Shown piece after piece: positions 45,766-56,388 of a DNA stretch of 64,000 nucleotides. The stretch spans positions 5,528 to 69,527 of the forward strand of contig JAKIUV010000003.1 of assembly GCA_021647375.1 (NCBI GenBank). The letters are read 5' to 3'. A program made the position numbers and the translations under genes. The stretch is from Robiginitomaculum sp. Its GTDB lineage: Bacteria; Pseudomonadota; Alphaproteobacteria; Caulobacterales; Maricaulaceae. The notes under the pieces are model-generated. The model made no database searches. It saw only the letters and a list, made by a program, of their open reading frames with translations, and was not told where the DNA came from. Numbering within the stretch: the first letter of the stretch is position 1; every line of letters begins with the position of its first letter.

Positions 45766-48700
45766 CTATGCCACATCCTTTAGCGGATGCTCCAGCCGTT
45801 CCAACATTTCTTTCGGCACCACTTGTACGAAATTATCCCGCTCAATCTCCCAATCGCGCAGGAGGACATTTGCAAATTCCGAACCTGTGTTTTTGACATG
45901 GGCAGCAATCAACGCTTTACATTTCTCTTCCCAATAGGTGCTATCAAAACCTTGCCAGATAACGCTATCCGGATTGACGGCTTTTTCAAACGTCCTATCC
46001 GGGTCATAGACAAAGGCCATGCCTCCGGTCATGCCAGCGCCGAAATTATCTCCGATAGAGCCAAGAATAACCACCGTGCCGCCTGTCATATATTCAAGCC
46101 CGTTATTGCCGCAACCCTCGACCACGGCATTGGCTCCGGAATTGCGCACGGCGAAACGTTCTCCGGCTCTGCCCGCCGCAAACAGTGCGCCCGATGTGGC
46201 GCCATATAAACACGTATTGCCGATGATAGTGCTGGTATGGGCGTCGATTTGACTGCCGCCTTGGGGGGCGAGGAAAATCTCGGCTCCCGACAAGCCCTTG
46301 CCCACATAATCATTGGCATCACCATCAACAATCAGCCGCAAACCTTTCATAGCAAATGCGCCCAAAGATTGCCCGGCGGAACCGCGCAGGCGGATGGTCA
46401 ACTGCCCGTCCGGCAGACCGCCAACCCCAAATGATTGGTAAATCTCGCTAGAGCTTCTTGTGCCAACGGCGCGGTCGGTATTGCGTACCGTATAAACCAG
46501 TTCGGTTTTTTTGCCGCGCTCAAATAATTGTTTGCCGTCTTTCAGGATTTGCATATCCAGAGCATCCGGGATTTCGGTGCGGCCTGTGCGCGAATCAACG
46601 ACCGGGCGAATATCAATGCGGGTGAGGACGGCGTTAAGGTCAAGATCGTCCAAATGTGTGGCACCCCGCGAAACTTGCGATAGCAAATCTGCCCGCCCGA
46701 TAATTTCCGCTAGGCTGGTGACGCCGAGAGAGGCGAGAATTTCACGCACTTCTTCGGCCATAAAGGTCATCAGGTTTATTACATGTTCGGGTGTGCCGGT
46801 AAATTTATCCCGCAGACTTTCGTCCTGGGTACAAACCCCAACCGGGCAAGTATTGCTATGGCATTGTCTGACCATCAAACACCCCATAGCCACAAGGGAC
46901 AATGTCCCGACCCCGTATTCTTCGGCCCCCAGCATGGCGGCGATGACAATATCGCGCCCGGTTTTAAGCCCGCCGTCCGTGCGCAAAGTTATCTTGTCGC
47001 GCAGACCGTTCAGGCTCAGGATTTGGTGAACCTCCGACAGGCCAAGCTCCCACGGTACGCCCGCAAATTTCAGGCTGGTATTGGGAGACGCCCCTGTGCC
47101 GCCATTATGGCCAGCGATGAGAATCGTATCGGCTTTGGCTTTCGCCACCCCGGCGGCAATTGTGCCAACCCCGGAACTGGCGACCAGCTTGACGCAGACC
47201 CGAGCGCGGGGATTGATTTGTTTGAGGTCGTAAATCAGCTGCGCCAAGTCCTCAATGGAATAAATATCGTGGTGGGGCGGCGGGCTAATCAATGTGACAC
47301 CCGGTGTTGCGTGGCGCAGCTTGGCAATCATTTCCGTGACCTTGAAGCCCGGCAATTGCCCGCCTTCGCCGGGCTTGGCACCTTGGGCGACTTTAATTTC
47401 GATCTCTTTGCAATTATTGAGATATTCCGCAGTAACGCCAAAACGCCCAGACGCGATTTGCTTAATCTCGGAATTGGCATTGTCGCCATTGGGCAAGGTT
47501 TTATAACGCGCTGGGTCTTCGCCGCCCTCACCAGAAACCGAACGCGCGCCGATGCGGTTCATGGCTATGTTAAGTGTACCGTGGGCTTCGGGGGACAATG
47601 CGCCCAGTGACATGGCCTGGGTTAAAAACCGCCTGCGGATTTCATTGACATTTTCAACCTGCTCAATGGGAACGGGCTTGCCCAATGGATTAAAGTCGAG
47701 CAAATCACGAATTTGTATCGGTGATTGGCCGTTCACCAATGCGGCGAACTTTTTATAGGCTTGGTAATCGCTGGTGCGCACCGCCGATTGCAACATATTT
47801 ATCATATCAGCGCCATATGCATGACGCTCGCTGCCTGCCCGCTTGCGGTAAAACCCGCCAATAGGCAGGTACGGTTTCTCGGGCGCGTAGGCACATTTAT
47901 GTTGCTCAACAATTTTCTGCTCTAGCCCCGCAAGACCGATGCCGGAAATCCGCGAGGTCATGCCGGGGAAATGTTCATCGACCAATGAGCGCGACAGGCC
48001 AAGGGCTTCAAAATTATTGCCACCCCGATAAGACGAGATGACAGAAATGCCGGACTTGGAAATTATTTTCAAAAGGCCGTTGTCTATGGATGTTTTATAA
48101 TTGGCTAGCGCTGTATTTATGTCGGCTTTAATGGTGCCTTTAGCCACCAGTTCAGCCAACATATCCTGGGTCAAATACGCATTGACCACGGTCGCACCCG
48201 CCCCGATAAGCACGGCAAAATAATGGGTATCTAGGCATTCGGCAGAGCGGACAATCAATGAGCAATCCGAACGCAAGCCTTGCTTGACCAAATGGGCATG
48301 TACCCCGCCCACACACAATATTATCGGGGCGGAAATATTATCAACGCCAAATGTTTCGTCGCTCAACACAATGTTTTCGATACCCGCCCGCACGGCTTTC
48401 TCAGCCTGTTTCTTAATTCGTCTTAGCAAAGCTTTCAGCGCACTGCCGTGGTGGGCGCCGCGCTTGGGAGGCGCAAAGGTACAGTCCAGAACCGCAACAT
48501 TATCGCCTATGATACCCCTGTATTTCGCGTACATGGCATTGGTGAGAACCGGGCTTTCCAACACATACATTTCGTCGGTTTGACCAGAAAACTCCTCAGG
48601 GTCATCGGCAAGAATATTGCGCAAATTGCGAAAGCGGGTTTTTAGTCCCATGACTCGCGTTTCGCGCAAAGGGTCAATAGGCGGATTGGTGACTTGGGAA

Positions 48701-50289
48701 AATTTTTGTCTAAAGAAATGCGACAATGGCCGATATGCATCAGACAATACGGCGAGCGGCGTATCGTCACCCATAGAGCCAATGCTTTCTTTGCCTTGCT
48801 CGGCCATAGGGGCTAAAATCATATCCAGTTCTTCGCGCGACCGACCACAAGCCAATTGGGCGCGCATTAATGTATTACCAGATAGTTTTGGTTCAGGCTC
48901 TGGGCCGGATAGTTTTTCGTCCAGTTCAATGGCTTGTTGCAACCATTTATCATAGGGTTTGGCGCTTGCCAGATTATTGATGATTTGATCGGAATCGAAA
49001 AACTCGCCCACGTTCAAATCGACCGCGATGAGCCGTCCCGGCTTAATCGCGCCCTTGGATATTATGCTGCTCTCATCCAATGGACAAATGCCTGTCTCGG
49101 AGCCAACCGCCAAAATACCGTCGTCAGTAACGGCGTACCGCAAAGGCCGCAGACCACTTCTATCAAGCCCGGCCATAACCCAATCACCATCATAACCGAC
49201 CAAAGCGGCAGGGCCGTCCCATGGCTCCATGACCGCATTACAATATTCATAAAATGCCCGCCAGTTTTCCGGCATAAGCTCGGTACGTTTTGAATAGGCC
49301 TCGGGAACCAGCAAAATCTTTGCGAGCGGCACTGTGCGCCCTGCCCGCACCAAAAGTTCGAACACGGCGTCGAGGGCAGCTGAGTCGGATGAGCCTTTTT
49401 GAATGACAGGTTTGACATCTTCAGCCCGCGCCCCAAAGGCGGAGGACGCCATTTTTATCTCGTGGCTTTTCATAAAATTAGTGTTGGCGCGCACCGTGTT
49501 AATCTCGCCATTATGGGCAATCATGCGGTAAGGATGGGCAAGCCACCATTGGGGGAAGGTATTGGTGGAATAACGCTGGTGGAACAGAGCTGCGCGGGAT
49601 GTGAACAATTCGTGTTTAAGATCTGGGTAAAATGCATCAATTTGCTCGGCCAAAAACATGCCTTTATAAGTGATGACCCGGCCTGATAATGAACATACAT
49701 AAAACCCCGGAAGTGCGGCGGCGATAGCGCGTTTTTCAATACGGCGGCGGACAATATAAAGCTCGCGCTCCAATTTAGCGGCGTCCCAGGATTTAGGCGG
49801 GCGGAACATAACTTGTTCAATAGCGGGGCGGGTAGCGGCAGCTTTGTCGCCGATAATACTGACATCAATGGGCACTTGCCGCCAGCCATACATATAGCAC
49901 CCGGCGCGTAATAATTCAGACTCGACAATTGTCCGGGCTTGGTCTTGGGCGGAAAAATCCGTGCGCGGTAGGAAGATCATCCCAACGGCGACGATAGCTT
50001 TTTTGGCTTTATGGCCTGTGCGGGCGACTTGGCGTCTGAAAAATTCTTGCGGGATGTCGAGCATGATCCCGGCTCCGTCTCCGGTTTTCCCGTCGGCATC
50101 CACCGCGCCCCGGTGCCAGACATTTTTGAGGGATTTTATCGCCAGCTCGACGATTTCGCGCCTTGGCTTACCGTCAATACTAGCCACCAAACCAACCCCG
50201 CAGGCATCGTGTTCATCAGCAGGATTATAAGCGTTCGCACCAATAAGACGGTCGCGACTTTGTTCGTATATGTGTTTCCAGTTTTGCAT
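45766..50289 (-). CDS. gltB: glutamate synthase (NADPH) large subunit
   Basis: 1507 aa. N-terminal amidotransferase Cys (DACGVGLVA). FMN and 3Fe-4S regions. C-terminal GXGXG domain. Confidence 0.95.
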   Translation of the reverse strand: MQNWKHIYEQSRDRLIGANAYNPADEHDACGVGLVASIDGKPRREIVELAIKSLKNVWHRGAVDADGKTGDGAGIMLDIPQEFFRRQVARTGHKAKKAIVAVGMIFLPRTDFSAQDQARTIVESELLRAGCYMYGWRQVPIDVSIIGDKAAATRPAIEQVMFRPPKSWDAAKLERELYIVRRRIEKRAIAAALPGFYVCSLSGRVITYKGMFLAEQIDAFYPDLKHELFTSRAALFHQRYSTNTFPQWWLAHPYRMIAHNGEINTVRANTNFMKSHEIKMASSAFGARAEDVKPVIQKGSSDSAALDAVFELLVRAGRTVPLAKILLVPEAYSKRTELMPENWRAFYEYCNAVMEPWDGPAALVGYDGDWVMAGLDRSGLRPLRYAVTDDGILAVGSETGICPLDESSIISKGAIKPGRLIAVDLNVGEFFDSDQIINNLASAKPYDKWLQQAIELDEKLSGPEPEPKLSGNTLMRAQLACGRSREELDMILAPMAEQGKESIGSMGDDTPLAVLSDAYRPLSHFFRQKFSQVTNPPIDPLRETRVMGLKTRFRNLRNILADDPEEFSGQTDEMYVLESPVLTNAMYAKYRGIIGDNVAVLDCTFAPPKRGAHHGSALKALLRRIKKQAEKAVRAGIENIVLSDETFGVDNISAPIILCVGGVHAHLVKQGLRSDCSLIVRSAECLDTHYFAVLIGAGATVVNAYLTQDMLAELVAKGTIKADINTALANYKTSIDNGLLKIISKSGISVISSYRGGNNFEALGLSRSLVDEHFPGMTSRISGIGLAGLEQKIVEQHKCAYAPEKPYLPIGGFYRKRAGSERHAYGADMINMLQSAVRTSDYQAYKKFAALVNGQSPIQIRDLLDFNPLGKPVPIEQVENVNEIRRRFLTQAMSLGALSPEAHGTLNIAMNRIGARSVSGEGGEDPARYKTLPNGDNANSEIKQIASGRFGVTAEYLNNCKEIEIKVAQGAKPGEGGQLPGFKVTEMIAKLRHATPGVTLISPPPHHDIYSIEDLAQLIYDLKQINPRARVCVKLVASSGVGTIAAGVAKAKADTILIAGHNGGTGASPNTSLKFAGVPWELGLSEVHQILSLNGLRDKITLRTDGGLKTGRDIVIAAMLGAEEYGVGTLSLVAMGCLMVRQCHSNTCPVGVCTQDESLRDKFTGTPEHVINLMTFMAEEVREILASLGVTSLAEIIGRADLLSQVSRGATHLDDLDLNAVLTRIDIRPVVDSRTGRTEIPDALDMQILKDGKQLFERGKKTELVYTVRNTDRAVGTRSSSEIYQSFGVGGLPDGQLTIRLRGSAGQSLGAFAMKGLRLIVDGDANDYVGKGLSGAEIFLAPQGGSQIDAHTSTIIGNTCLYGATSGALFAAGRAGERFAVRNSGANAVVEGCGNNGLEYMTGGTVVILGSIGDNFGAGMTGGMAFVYDPDRTFEKAVNPDSVIWQGFDSTYWEEKCKALIAAHVKNTGSEFANVLLRDWEIERDNFVQVVPKEMLERLEHPLKDVA

Positions 50290-50292
50290 GTG

Positions 50293-51711
50293 TTACTCCG
50301 CCGCTCTCTCAGCCAGTTGATTTTCCAGATATTGGTGCATGGCCGCCGCCGCGTCCCGGCCTTCGCGTATGGCCCAAACCACTAGGCTCGCCCCGCGCAC
50401 AATATCGCCCGCCGCATAGACGCCCGGCACATTGGTCTCAAATTTTGTCGGATGGGTTTTTAGTGTGCCCCAGTCCGTAAGTTTGAAATCCGGGCTTATT
50501 TCGTGCATGTCTTCGGGGGTGAAGCCGAGAGCCTGAATAACCATGTCGGCTTTGACATCAAATTCGGATCCCTTTATCGGGGTCACAGTTTGGCGCCCGG
50601 ATTGGTCAGGCAGGCCAAGCCGCATCCGCGTAGCACGTACTTTGGTCACTTGGCCATCTTTGTCATGTATAGATTGGGGTGCCGCTAGCCATTCAAAGGT
50701 CACGCCTTCGTCCATAGCGTTCCGCGTTTCGCGGGCACTGCCGGGCATATTGGCTTGGTCGCGGCGGTACAGACAGGTAACGGATTTGGCTTTTTGCCGC
50801 ACGGCGGTGCGCACACAATCCATAGCCGTATCACCGCCGCCAATGACCACGACATGTTTATCCGCAGCGGTTACATTTTCGATTTTATCCCCAAGCCCGA
50901 GCTTGTTGGAACTGGTGAGATAGGGCAGAGCTTCTATGACACCATCACTGCCACAGCCCGGCACTTGCAAAGCGCGGGATTTATACACACCCGTGGCCAC
51001 CAAAATAGCCGCATGTTTTTTACGCAGATCATCAAAGCTTATATCCGTACCGATACTGGTGCCTAAGACGAACTCCACGCCGCCGTCCACGAGATGGTCC
51101 AAGCGCCTTTGCACGATTTTTTTGTCCAGCTTAAAGTTGGGGATACCGTACATAAGAAGCCCGCCCGCCCGGTCATGACGGTCATAAATACTCACCTGCC
51201 AGCCCTGTTCGCGCAGGGCTTCTGCTGCCGCTAGCCCGGCGGGACCCGACCCAATAATGCCGACGGACAAGGCGCGTTCGGTGCCTGGTTTAATGGCCGC
51301 AACCCAGCCGTTTTCCCAGGCATTATCGGTTAGGGTTTTCTCGATAGCGCCAATGGTGACCGCACCGTGGCCTGATTTTTCTATGACACACGCACCCTCG
51401 CACAAGCGGTCTTGGGGGCAGATGCGCCCGCAAATTTCCGGCATGGAATTGGTCTGGGCGGAAAGCTGATAAGCTTCCTCCAACCGGCCTTCAGCGCTGA
51501 GATAGAGCCAGTCGGGGATATTGTTTTGCAAGGGGCAGCCCGATTGGCAAAACGGTACCCCGCACTGGGAACAGCGAGAGGATTGCTCGGCGGCTTTTTC
51601 GCGGATATAATCGGCATAGATTTCGCCGAAGTCTTCGGCGCGGACTTTTGCATCCCGCTTGGCTGGCATTTCTCCGTCTATTGATATGAATTTTAGCATA
51701 GTGTCGGTCAT
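50293..51711 (-). CDS. gltD: glutamate synthase small subunit
   Basis: CSQCGVPFCQSGCPL Fe-S motif. Two dinucleotide folds (IIGSGPAGLAAA, VIGGGDTAMD). Confidence 0.9.
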   Translation of the reverse strand: MTDTMLKFISIDGEMPAKRDAKVRAEDFGEIYADYIREKAAEQSSRCSQCGVPFCQSGCPLQNNIPDWLYLSAEGRLEEAYQLSAQTNSMPEICGRICPQDRLCEGACVIEKSGHGAVTIGAIEKTLTDNAWENGWVAAIKPGTERALSVGIIGSGPAGLAAAEALREQGWQVSIYDRHDRAGGLLMYGIPNFKLDKKIVQRRLDHLVDGGVEFVLGTSIGTDISFDDLRKKHAAILVATGVYKSRALQVPGCGSDGVIEALPYLTSSNKLGLGDKIENVTAADKHVVVIGGGDTAMDCVRTAVRQKAKSVTCLYRRDQANMPGSARETRNAMDEGVTFEWLAAPQSIHDKDGQVTKVRATRMRLGLPDQSGRQTVTPIKGSEFDVKADMVIQALGFTPEDMHEISPDFKLTDWGTLKTHPTKFETNVPGVYAAGDIVRGASLVVWAIREGRDAAAAMHQYLENQLAERAAE

Positions 51712-51712
51712 A

Positions 51713-53206
51713 TTAGGCTTTCAAAAACATTTGGTAGGCGGGGTTATCGGTCTCGTTGCGCAGGGTGAAACCGGTATTTTGCAGGCTGGTGAGGAGGGCG
51801 TCCTCGTCATTATTCGGGGTCTGGAAACCGCACAAAACCTGACCGCTGGACGCGCCGTGATTGCGGTAATGAAACAAAGAAATATTCCAGCGCCCGTCCA
51901 GCGCAATGAGAAAATCCCGCAAGGCTCCAGGGCGTTCCGGGAACTCGAAGCTATAAATATGCTCGGATACGCGCGCCGATGTGACGCCGCCGACCATGTG
52001 ACGGAGATGCTCTTTGGCGAGACGGTTATGGGACAAGTCCGTAACCTCCATACCCGCCGCCCGGATATTATCCATGACAAGTGCGCCTTGCTCTGGTGTC
52101 TTGATTTTGATGCCCACTAACACATTGGCTGTGGCTTGGTCGGCATAGCGGTAATTAAACTCGCTAACTGCATGGTCGCCCAGTGCCTCACAAAATTTCA
52201 GGAACGACCCCGGTTTTTCAGGCAGGGTAGCGCTGAACAAAATTTCCTGCCCCGCGCCCAATTCCGCCCGTTCCACCATATGGCCGATACGGTCAAAATT
52301 GACATTGGCGCCAGAGACTATAGCCACACAAGCGCCGCCCGGTTTATTTTTATCCTTTAACAGACCAGCCAAAGCCAAAGCGCCAGCAGGTTCGACAACT
52401 GTGCGGGTTTTCTCAAAAATAATTTTCACGGCGGCGCAAATTTCGTCACTACTGACCAATACGCTTTCGGGTTTTATTTGCTGGGCGAGGGCGAATGTTG
52501 TATCGCCAATCCGTTTAACCGCGACCCCGTCGGCAAAGCCGTCCACCGTGTCCAGATTGGTTGGTTTGCCCGCTTCAAGAGATGTTTTTAGGGTTGCCGC
52601 GCCTTCGGGTTCCACCGCAATAATTTTTGTCTGCGGGCTGTGGGCGCGCAAATATGCCCCCATGCCCGCCAGTAATCCACCGCCGCCAACACCGATATAA
52701 ACGGCGGCAGGGTGTGGCGATTGTGCCAGGATTTCTTTGGCGACACTGCCTTGCCCGGCGATAACATCTGGGTCGTCAAAGGCGTGAATAAATATGGCTC
52801 CGGTCTTTGCGGCAAAGCCTTTCGCGGCGGTGTAGGCGGCGTCATAATTATCCCCGACCAAACGGATGTCCCCCCCCAGCGCCGTGACAGCTTCGGTTTT
52901 AATATCCGGCGTGGTGACGGGCATGAAAATGGTGGATTTTACCTGTGCATCACTGGCCGCAAGCGCCACACCCTGGGCATGATTGCCCGCACTGGCGCAG
53001 ACCACGCCGCGTTTTTTTTCTGCGTCCGATAGTTTAAATATCCGGTTGGCCGCACCCCTGATTTTAAATGAAAACACATCTTGCTGATCTTCGCGCTTTA
53101 GCCAAATATCATCACCAATATCTTGTAAATGCGTGCGCTTGGCCAAGGGGTAAACCATGGCCGCATCAACCCTGTTGGCGATATTATCCAGATTAGGTGC
53201 TGACAT
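51713..53206 (-). CDS. ilvA: biosynthetic threonine dehydratase
   Basis: PLP lysine motif FSFKIRGA, ASAGNHAQGVA. Duplicated C-terminal regulatory domains. 497 aa. Confidence 0.9.
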   Translation of the reverse strand: MSAPNLDNIANRVDAAMVYPLAKRTHLQDIGDDIWLKREDQQDVFSFKIRGAANRIFKLSDAEKKRGVVCASAGNHAQGVALAASDAQVKSTIFMPVTTPDIKTEAVTALGGDIRLVGDNYDAAYTAAKGFAAKTGAIFIHAFDDPDVIAGQGSVAKEILAQSPHPAAVYIGVGGGGLLAGMGAYLRAHSPQTKIIAVEPEGAATLKTSLEAGKPTNLDTVDGFADGVAVKRIGDTTFALAQQIKPESVLVSSDEICAAVKIIFEKTRTVVEPAGALALAGLLKDKNKPGGACVAIVSGANVNFDRIGHMVERAELGAGQEILFSATLPEKPGSFLKFCEALGDHAVSEFNYRYADQATANVLVGIKIKTPEQGALVMDNIRAAGMEVTDLSHNRLAKEHLRHMVGGVTSARVSEHIYSFEFPERPGALRDFLIALDGRWNISLFHYRNHGASSGQVLCGFQTPNNDEDALLTSLQNTGFTLRNETDNPAYQMFLKA

Positions 53207-54245
53207 TTTGTGCGACCCACTCTCCTACTTGTTTTGTTGAAAGACTGCCGCCCAAATCCCCCGTCACTTGACCCGCATCCAAGGCTTGTTCTACGGCTTT
53301 CTCAATTGCTAGCGCTTCGGCGTCCAGCCCAAAACTGGTACGCAGCATCCATGCGGCGGATAAAATCATAGCGATGGGATTGGCCTTGCCTTGGCCTGCA
53401 ATATCCGGCGCACTGCCGTGGATAGGCTCGTACATTCCCGTAGTCCCAGCGCCTAAACTGGCCGACGGAATAACGCCCATAGAGCCGCACAGCATAGACG
53501 CCTCATCGGTTAATATATCCCCGAACATGTTCTCGGTCAGGATGACATCAAAGTCCCGTGGGCGGGTCAACATATGCATAGCCATAGCATCGACGAGAGT
53601 GTGTTCCAGTTCAATATCAGGATAATCTTTAGCGACCTCAATCACCACTTCGCGCCACAGACGAGACGTCTCCAATACATTCGATTTATCCACCGATGTC
53701 ACTTTGCCGCGCCTTGTCTTGGCGAGGTCAAAGGCGCGCCGCGTAATGCGCTCTATTTCCATTTCGCTATAGCGGCAGACATCATATGCGCCCAAATTAT
53801 CCCGGCCTTTATCGCCGAAATAAATCCCGCCCGTCAGCTCGCGCACCACGACAAAATCAACACCCTCCAGATATTCTGGTTTGAGGGGGGAGCTTGCGAT
53901 TAAAGATGCAAAGGGTTTGGCAGGACGCACATTGGCGAACAGTTCCAGTTTTTTGCGCAAGATCAAAAGCCCGCCAAGCTCCGGCCTGTCAGAACCTTTA
54001 AGGTGATCCCACCGTGGCCCGCCGACTGCACCCAGCAAAATGGCACCAGTACGCTTGGCCGAAGCCAAAGTTTCGTCCGGCAAAGGTGTACCGCGTTCGT
54101 CAATAGCCGCCCCACCAATAAGATGCTCTTCAATGTCCAGTGTATGCCCAAATGCGTTAGCGGTGGCGTTTAAGACAATAAGAGAAGTCAAACCAACTTC
54201 CGGCCCAATGCCGTCACCGGGGAGATATGTGAAATTTATGTTCAT
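53193..54245 (-). CDS. leuB: 3-isopropylmalate dehydrogenase
   Basis: LPGDGIGPEV, NMFGDILTDEASML, HGSAPDIAGQGKANP. Confidence 0.95.
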   Translation of the reverse strand: MNINFTYLPGDGIGPEVGLTSLIVLNATANAFGHTLDIEEHLIGGAAIDERGTPLPDETLASAKRTGAILLGAVGGPRWDHLKGSDRPELGGLLILRKKLELFANVRPAKPFASLIASSPLKPEYLEGVDFVVVRELTGGIYFGDKGRDNLGAYDVCRYSEMEIERITRRAFDLAKTRRGKVTSVDKSNVLETSRLWREVVIEVAKDYPDIELEHTLVDAMAMHMLTRPRDFDVILTENMFGDILTDEASMLCGSMGVIPSASLGAGTTGMYEPIHGSAPDIAGQGKANPIAMILSAAWMLRTSFGLDAEALAIEKAVEQALDAGQVTGDLGGSLSTKQVGEWVAQNVST

Positions 54246-54820
54246 TGTGCCGCCTCATACTCTGTAATCGCATCATCTTGCCCCAACAAATAATCCAACT
54301 CGTCCTGCCCCTGTAATAAGCACAAGCGCGAAAACGGATCGATTTTAAACGGATATGTGCCGCCGTTCTTGGGCAAGCGGACTTCGCAAGCCTCCAAATC
54401 AATGGTCACGTCTTCGCCCGGATGGTCGAGTAGCCACTCATGGGCGGACTTTTCTATGACGATGGGGAGAAAACCATTTTTGAGGGCATTGGCATGAAAA
54501 ATATCGGCAATTTCTGAACTGATGACCGCGCGAAATCCGTAATCCATGAGCGCCCACGGTGCATGTTCGCGCGAGGAGCCACAGCCGAAATTATGTCCTG
54601 CCACCAATATCTGCGCCGCTTTGGCGGTATCCGAATTTAGTGGATGGTCGTTTTCCTTGCCGTTCTCGTCATAGCGCCAATCATTAAATGCCAATTTGCC
54701 CAGGCCTTCGCGCGAGGTCATGGTCAAGAACCGCGCCGGAATTACTTGGTCTGTGTCGATGTTTTCCATACGCAGAACCAGAGTTTCAGAGGTCAGAGTT
54801 TTGAAAGGAGGGAAGCTCAT
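54242..54820 (-). CDS. leuD: 3-isopropylmalate dehydratase small subunit
   Basis: DTDQVIPARFL, NFGCGSSREHAPWAL. Confidence 0.9.
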   Translation of the reverse strand: MSFPPFKTLTSETLVLRMENIDTDQVIPARFLTMTSREGLGKLAFNDWRYDENGKENDHPLNSDTAKAAQILVAGHNFGCGSSREHAPWALMDYGFRAVISSEIADIFHANALKNGFLPIVIEKSAHEWLLDHPGEDVTIDLEACEVRLPKNGGTYPFKIDPFSRLCLLQGQDELDYLLGQDDAITEYEAAQ

Positions 54821-56190
54821 TATATACTCCTTAATAATGTTTGGGCATCTGTAATCACGCCCGTAACCGCACTGGCCGCTGCCGTGGCGGGAGAGGCTAG
54901 GACGGTGCGCACGCCGGGGCCTTGGCGGCCTTCGAAATTGCGGTTGGAAGTGGAGACGATGAGGTCGCCCGGCTTGCCAATATCACCGTTCATGCCAATA
55001 CACATAGAGCAGCCCGGTTCGCGCCACTGCGCCCCTGCGGCCAAGAATGTTTCGTGCAGACCCTCGGCTTCGGCCTGTATTTTGACCTGCTCAGACCCTG
55101 GTACGAAAACGGCGGTGACACTGTCCGCCACGGATTTGCCCTCAAGAATTTTCGCGGCGACGCGGAAATCCTCTATGCGGGAATTGGTGCATGAACCGAT
55201 AAACACCGTATCAACTTTGGTGCCCGCAATTGCTGTCCCTGCCTGCATATCCATATAGGCATTATCTTCGGGCACCAATCCGTCAATGGGCATAGCCATG
55301 CCGGGGTGGGTGCCATAAGTGACCATGGGTTTGATGTCAGCTGCGTCCAAGCGCACTTCTTTGTCATAAGTACAGCCCGCATCTGAAGCCAGAGATAGCC
55401 AATCCGCCGCCGCCTTATCAAAGTCGGCAGGTGCCATGACTTTGCCCTCAAAATATGCGACAGTTGTTGCGTCAGGAGCAATCATGCCCGCCCGTGCGCC
55501 TGCTTCGATGGACATATTGCACACGGTCATGCGCGCGCTCATATCCATGTCTTCAAAACATTGCCCTCTATATTCAATCACATGTCCGGTGCCGCCGCCG
55601 ACCCCGACTTTGGCAATGATGGCAAGGATAACATCTTTGGCCGAAACCCCGTCAGCTAGTTCACCGTCCACCCAAATACACATGGATTTTGGCTTGCGCA
55701 TCAAAATACACTGGTTCGCCAAGACATGCCCGACTTGTGTCGTGCCGATGCCGAACGCCAATGCCCCAAATGCGCCGTGGGTGGCAGTGTGGCTATCGCC
55801 GCAGACAATGGTTTTGCCCGGCCATGTAGCGCCAAGCTCCGGCCCCATAACATGGACGATCCCCCGATAAGGACTATCCCAGCCGTGGGTAGTGATGCCG
55901 TGTTCAGCCGTGTTGGCCAAGAGCATCTCGACCTGCTTTTCCGCCTGCGCACTCACATAAGGGCGCGAGCCGTCTTTGTTCACAAGCGTCGGCGTCGAGT
56001 GGTCAATAGTCGCCAAGGTTAGGTCTGGCCTGCGCACCTTTAGCCCGCGCTCCCTAAGCACCGTAAATGCTTGCGGCGTCGTCACCTCGTGGATGAGGTG
56101 CAGATCAATAAACACAGTCGCAGGCCGTTCGCGCGTCTCTAGCGCAACAACATGCCGTTCCCAGACTTTATCAAACAGTGATTTAGGCAT
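54820..56190 (-). CDS. leuC: 3-isopropylmalate dehydratase large subunit
   Basis: [31 protein letters not shown] aconitase-type cluster ligands. Confidence 0.95.
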   Translation of the reverse strand: MPKSLFDKVWERHVVALETRERPATVFIDLHLIHEVTTPQAFTVLRERGLKVRRPDLTLATIDHSTPTLVNKDGSRPYVSAQAEKQVEMLLANTAEHGITTHGWDSPYRGIVHVMGPELGATWPGKTIVCGDSHTATHGAFGALAFGIGTTQVGHVLANQCILMRKPKSMCIWVDGELADGVSAKDVILAIIAKVGVGGGTGHVIEYRGQCFEDMDMSARMTVCNMSIEAGARAGMIAPDATTVAYFEGKVMAPADFDKAAADWLSLASDAGCTYDKEVRLDAADIKPMVTYGTHPGMAMPIDGLVPEDNAYMDMQAGTAIAGTKVDTVFIGSCTNSRIEDFRVAAKILEGKSVADSVTAVFVPGSEQVKIQAEAEGLHETFLAAGAQWREPGCSMCIGMNGDIGKPGDLIVSTSNRNFEGRQGPGVRTVLASPATAAASAVTGVITDAQTLLRSI

Positions 56191-56212
56191 AGGTGTTTCC
56201 CCCTTTAAATCT

Positions 56213-56369
56213 CATCCTCTCACCGCGCTGTCGCGCACCTCTCCCCATGGTGTTATCACCCTTGGGAGAGGTTAAGATTGCCTGCCCCTTACAATTTTTT
56301 TTGTAATTCACCGCTAGACGCGCCAACGCCTCCTCTCCCATAGGGAGAGGAACAAGGTGAGGAGCTTGG
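56213..56369. repeat. composite palindromic intergenic repeat, family B, copy 1 (between leuA and leuC)
   Basis: Termini CCTCTCACC / GGTGAGGAG. Two CCTCTCCC-loop-GGGAGAGG hairpins flank a T-rich spacer. Confidence 0.8.
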
Positions 56370-56388
56370 ATGTTCAAGTTAATCTCCA

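Noticed and set aside
46783-47610. Long antisense ORFs inside large genes: 46783..47610 and 46511..47029 in gltB; 19091..19744 in the RND gene; 54644..55258 over leuC/leuD; 60385..60939 in ilvC; 62165..62749 and 62695..63309 in ilvD; 21307..21870 in the MFP gene
   Set aside because: Each lies fully inside a confidently identified gene on the opposite strand and has Arg/Ala/Ser/Pro-rich junk composition. This is typical of shadow frames.
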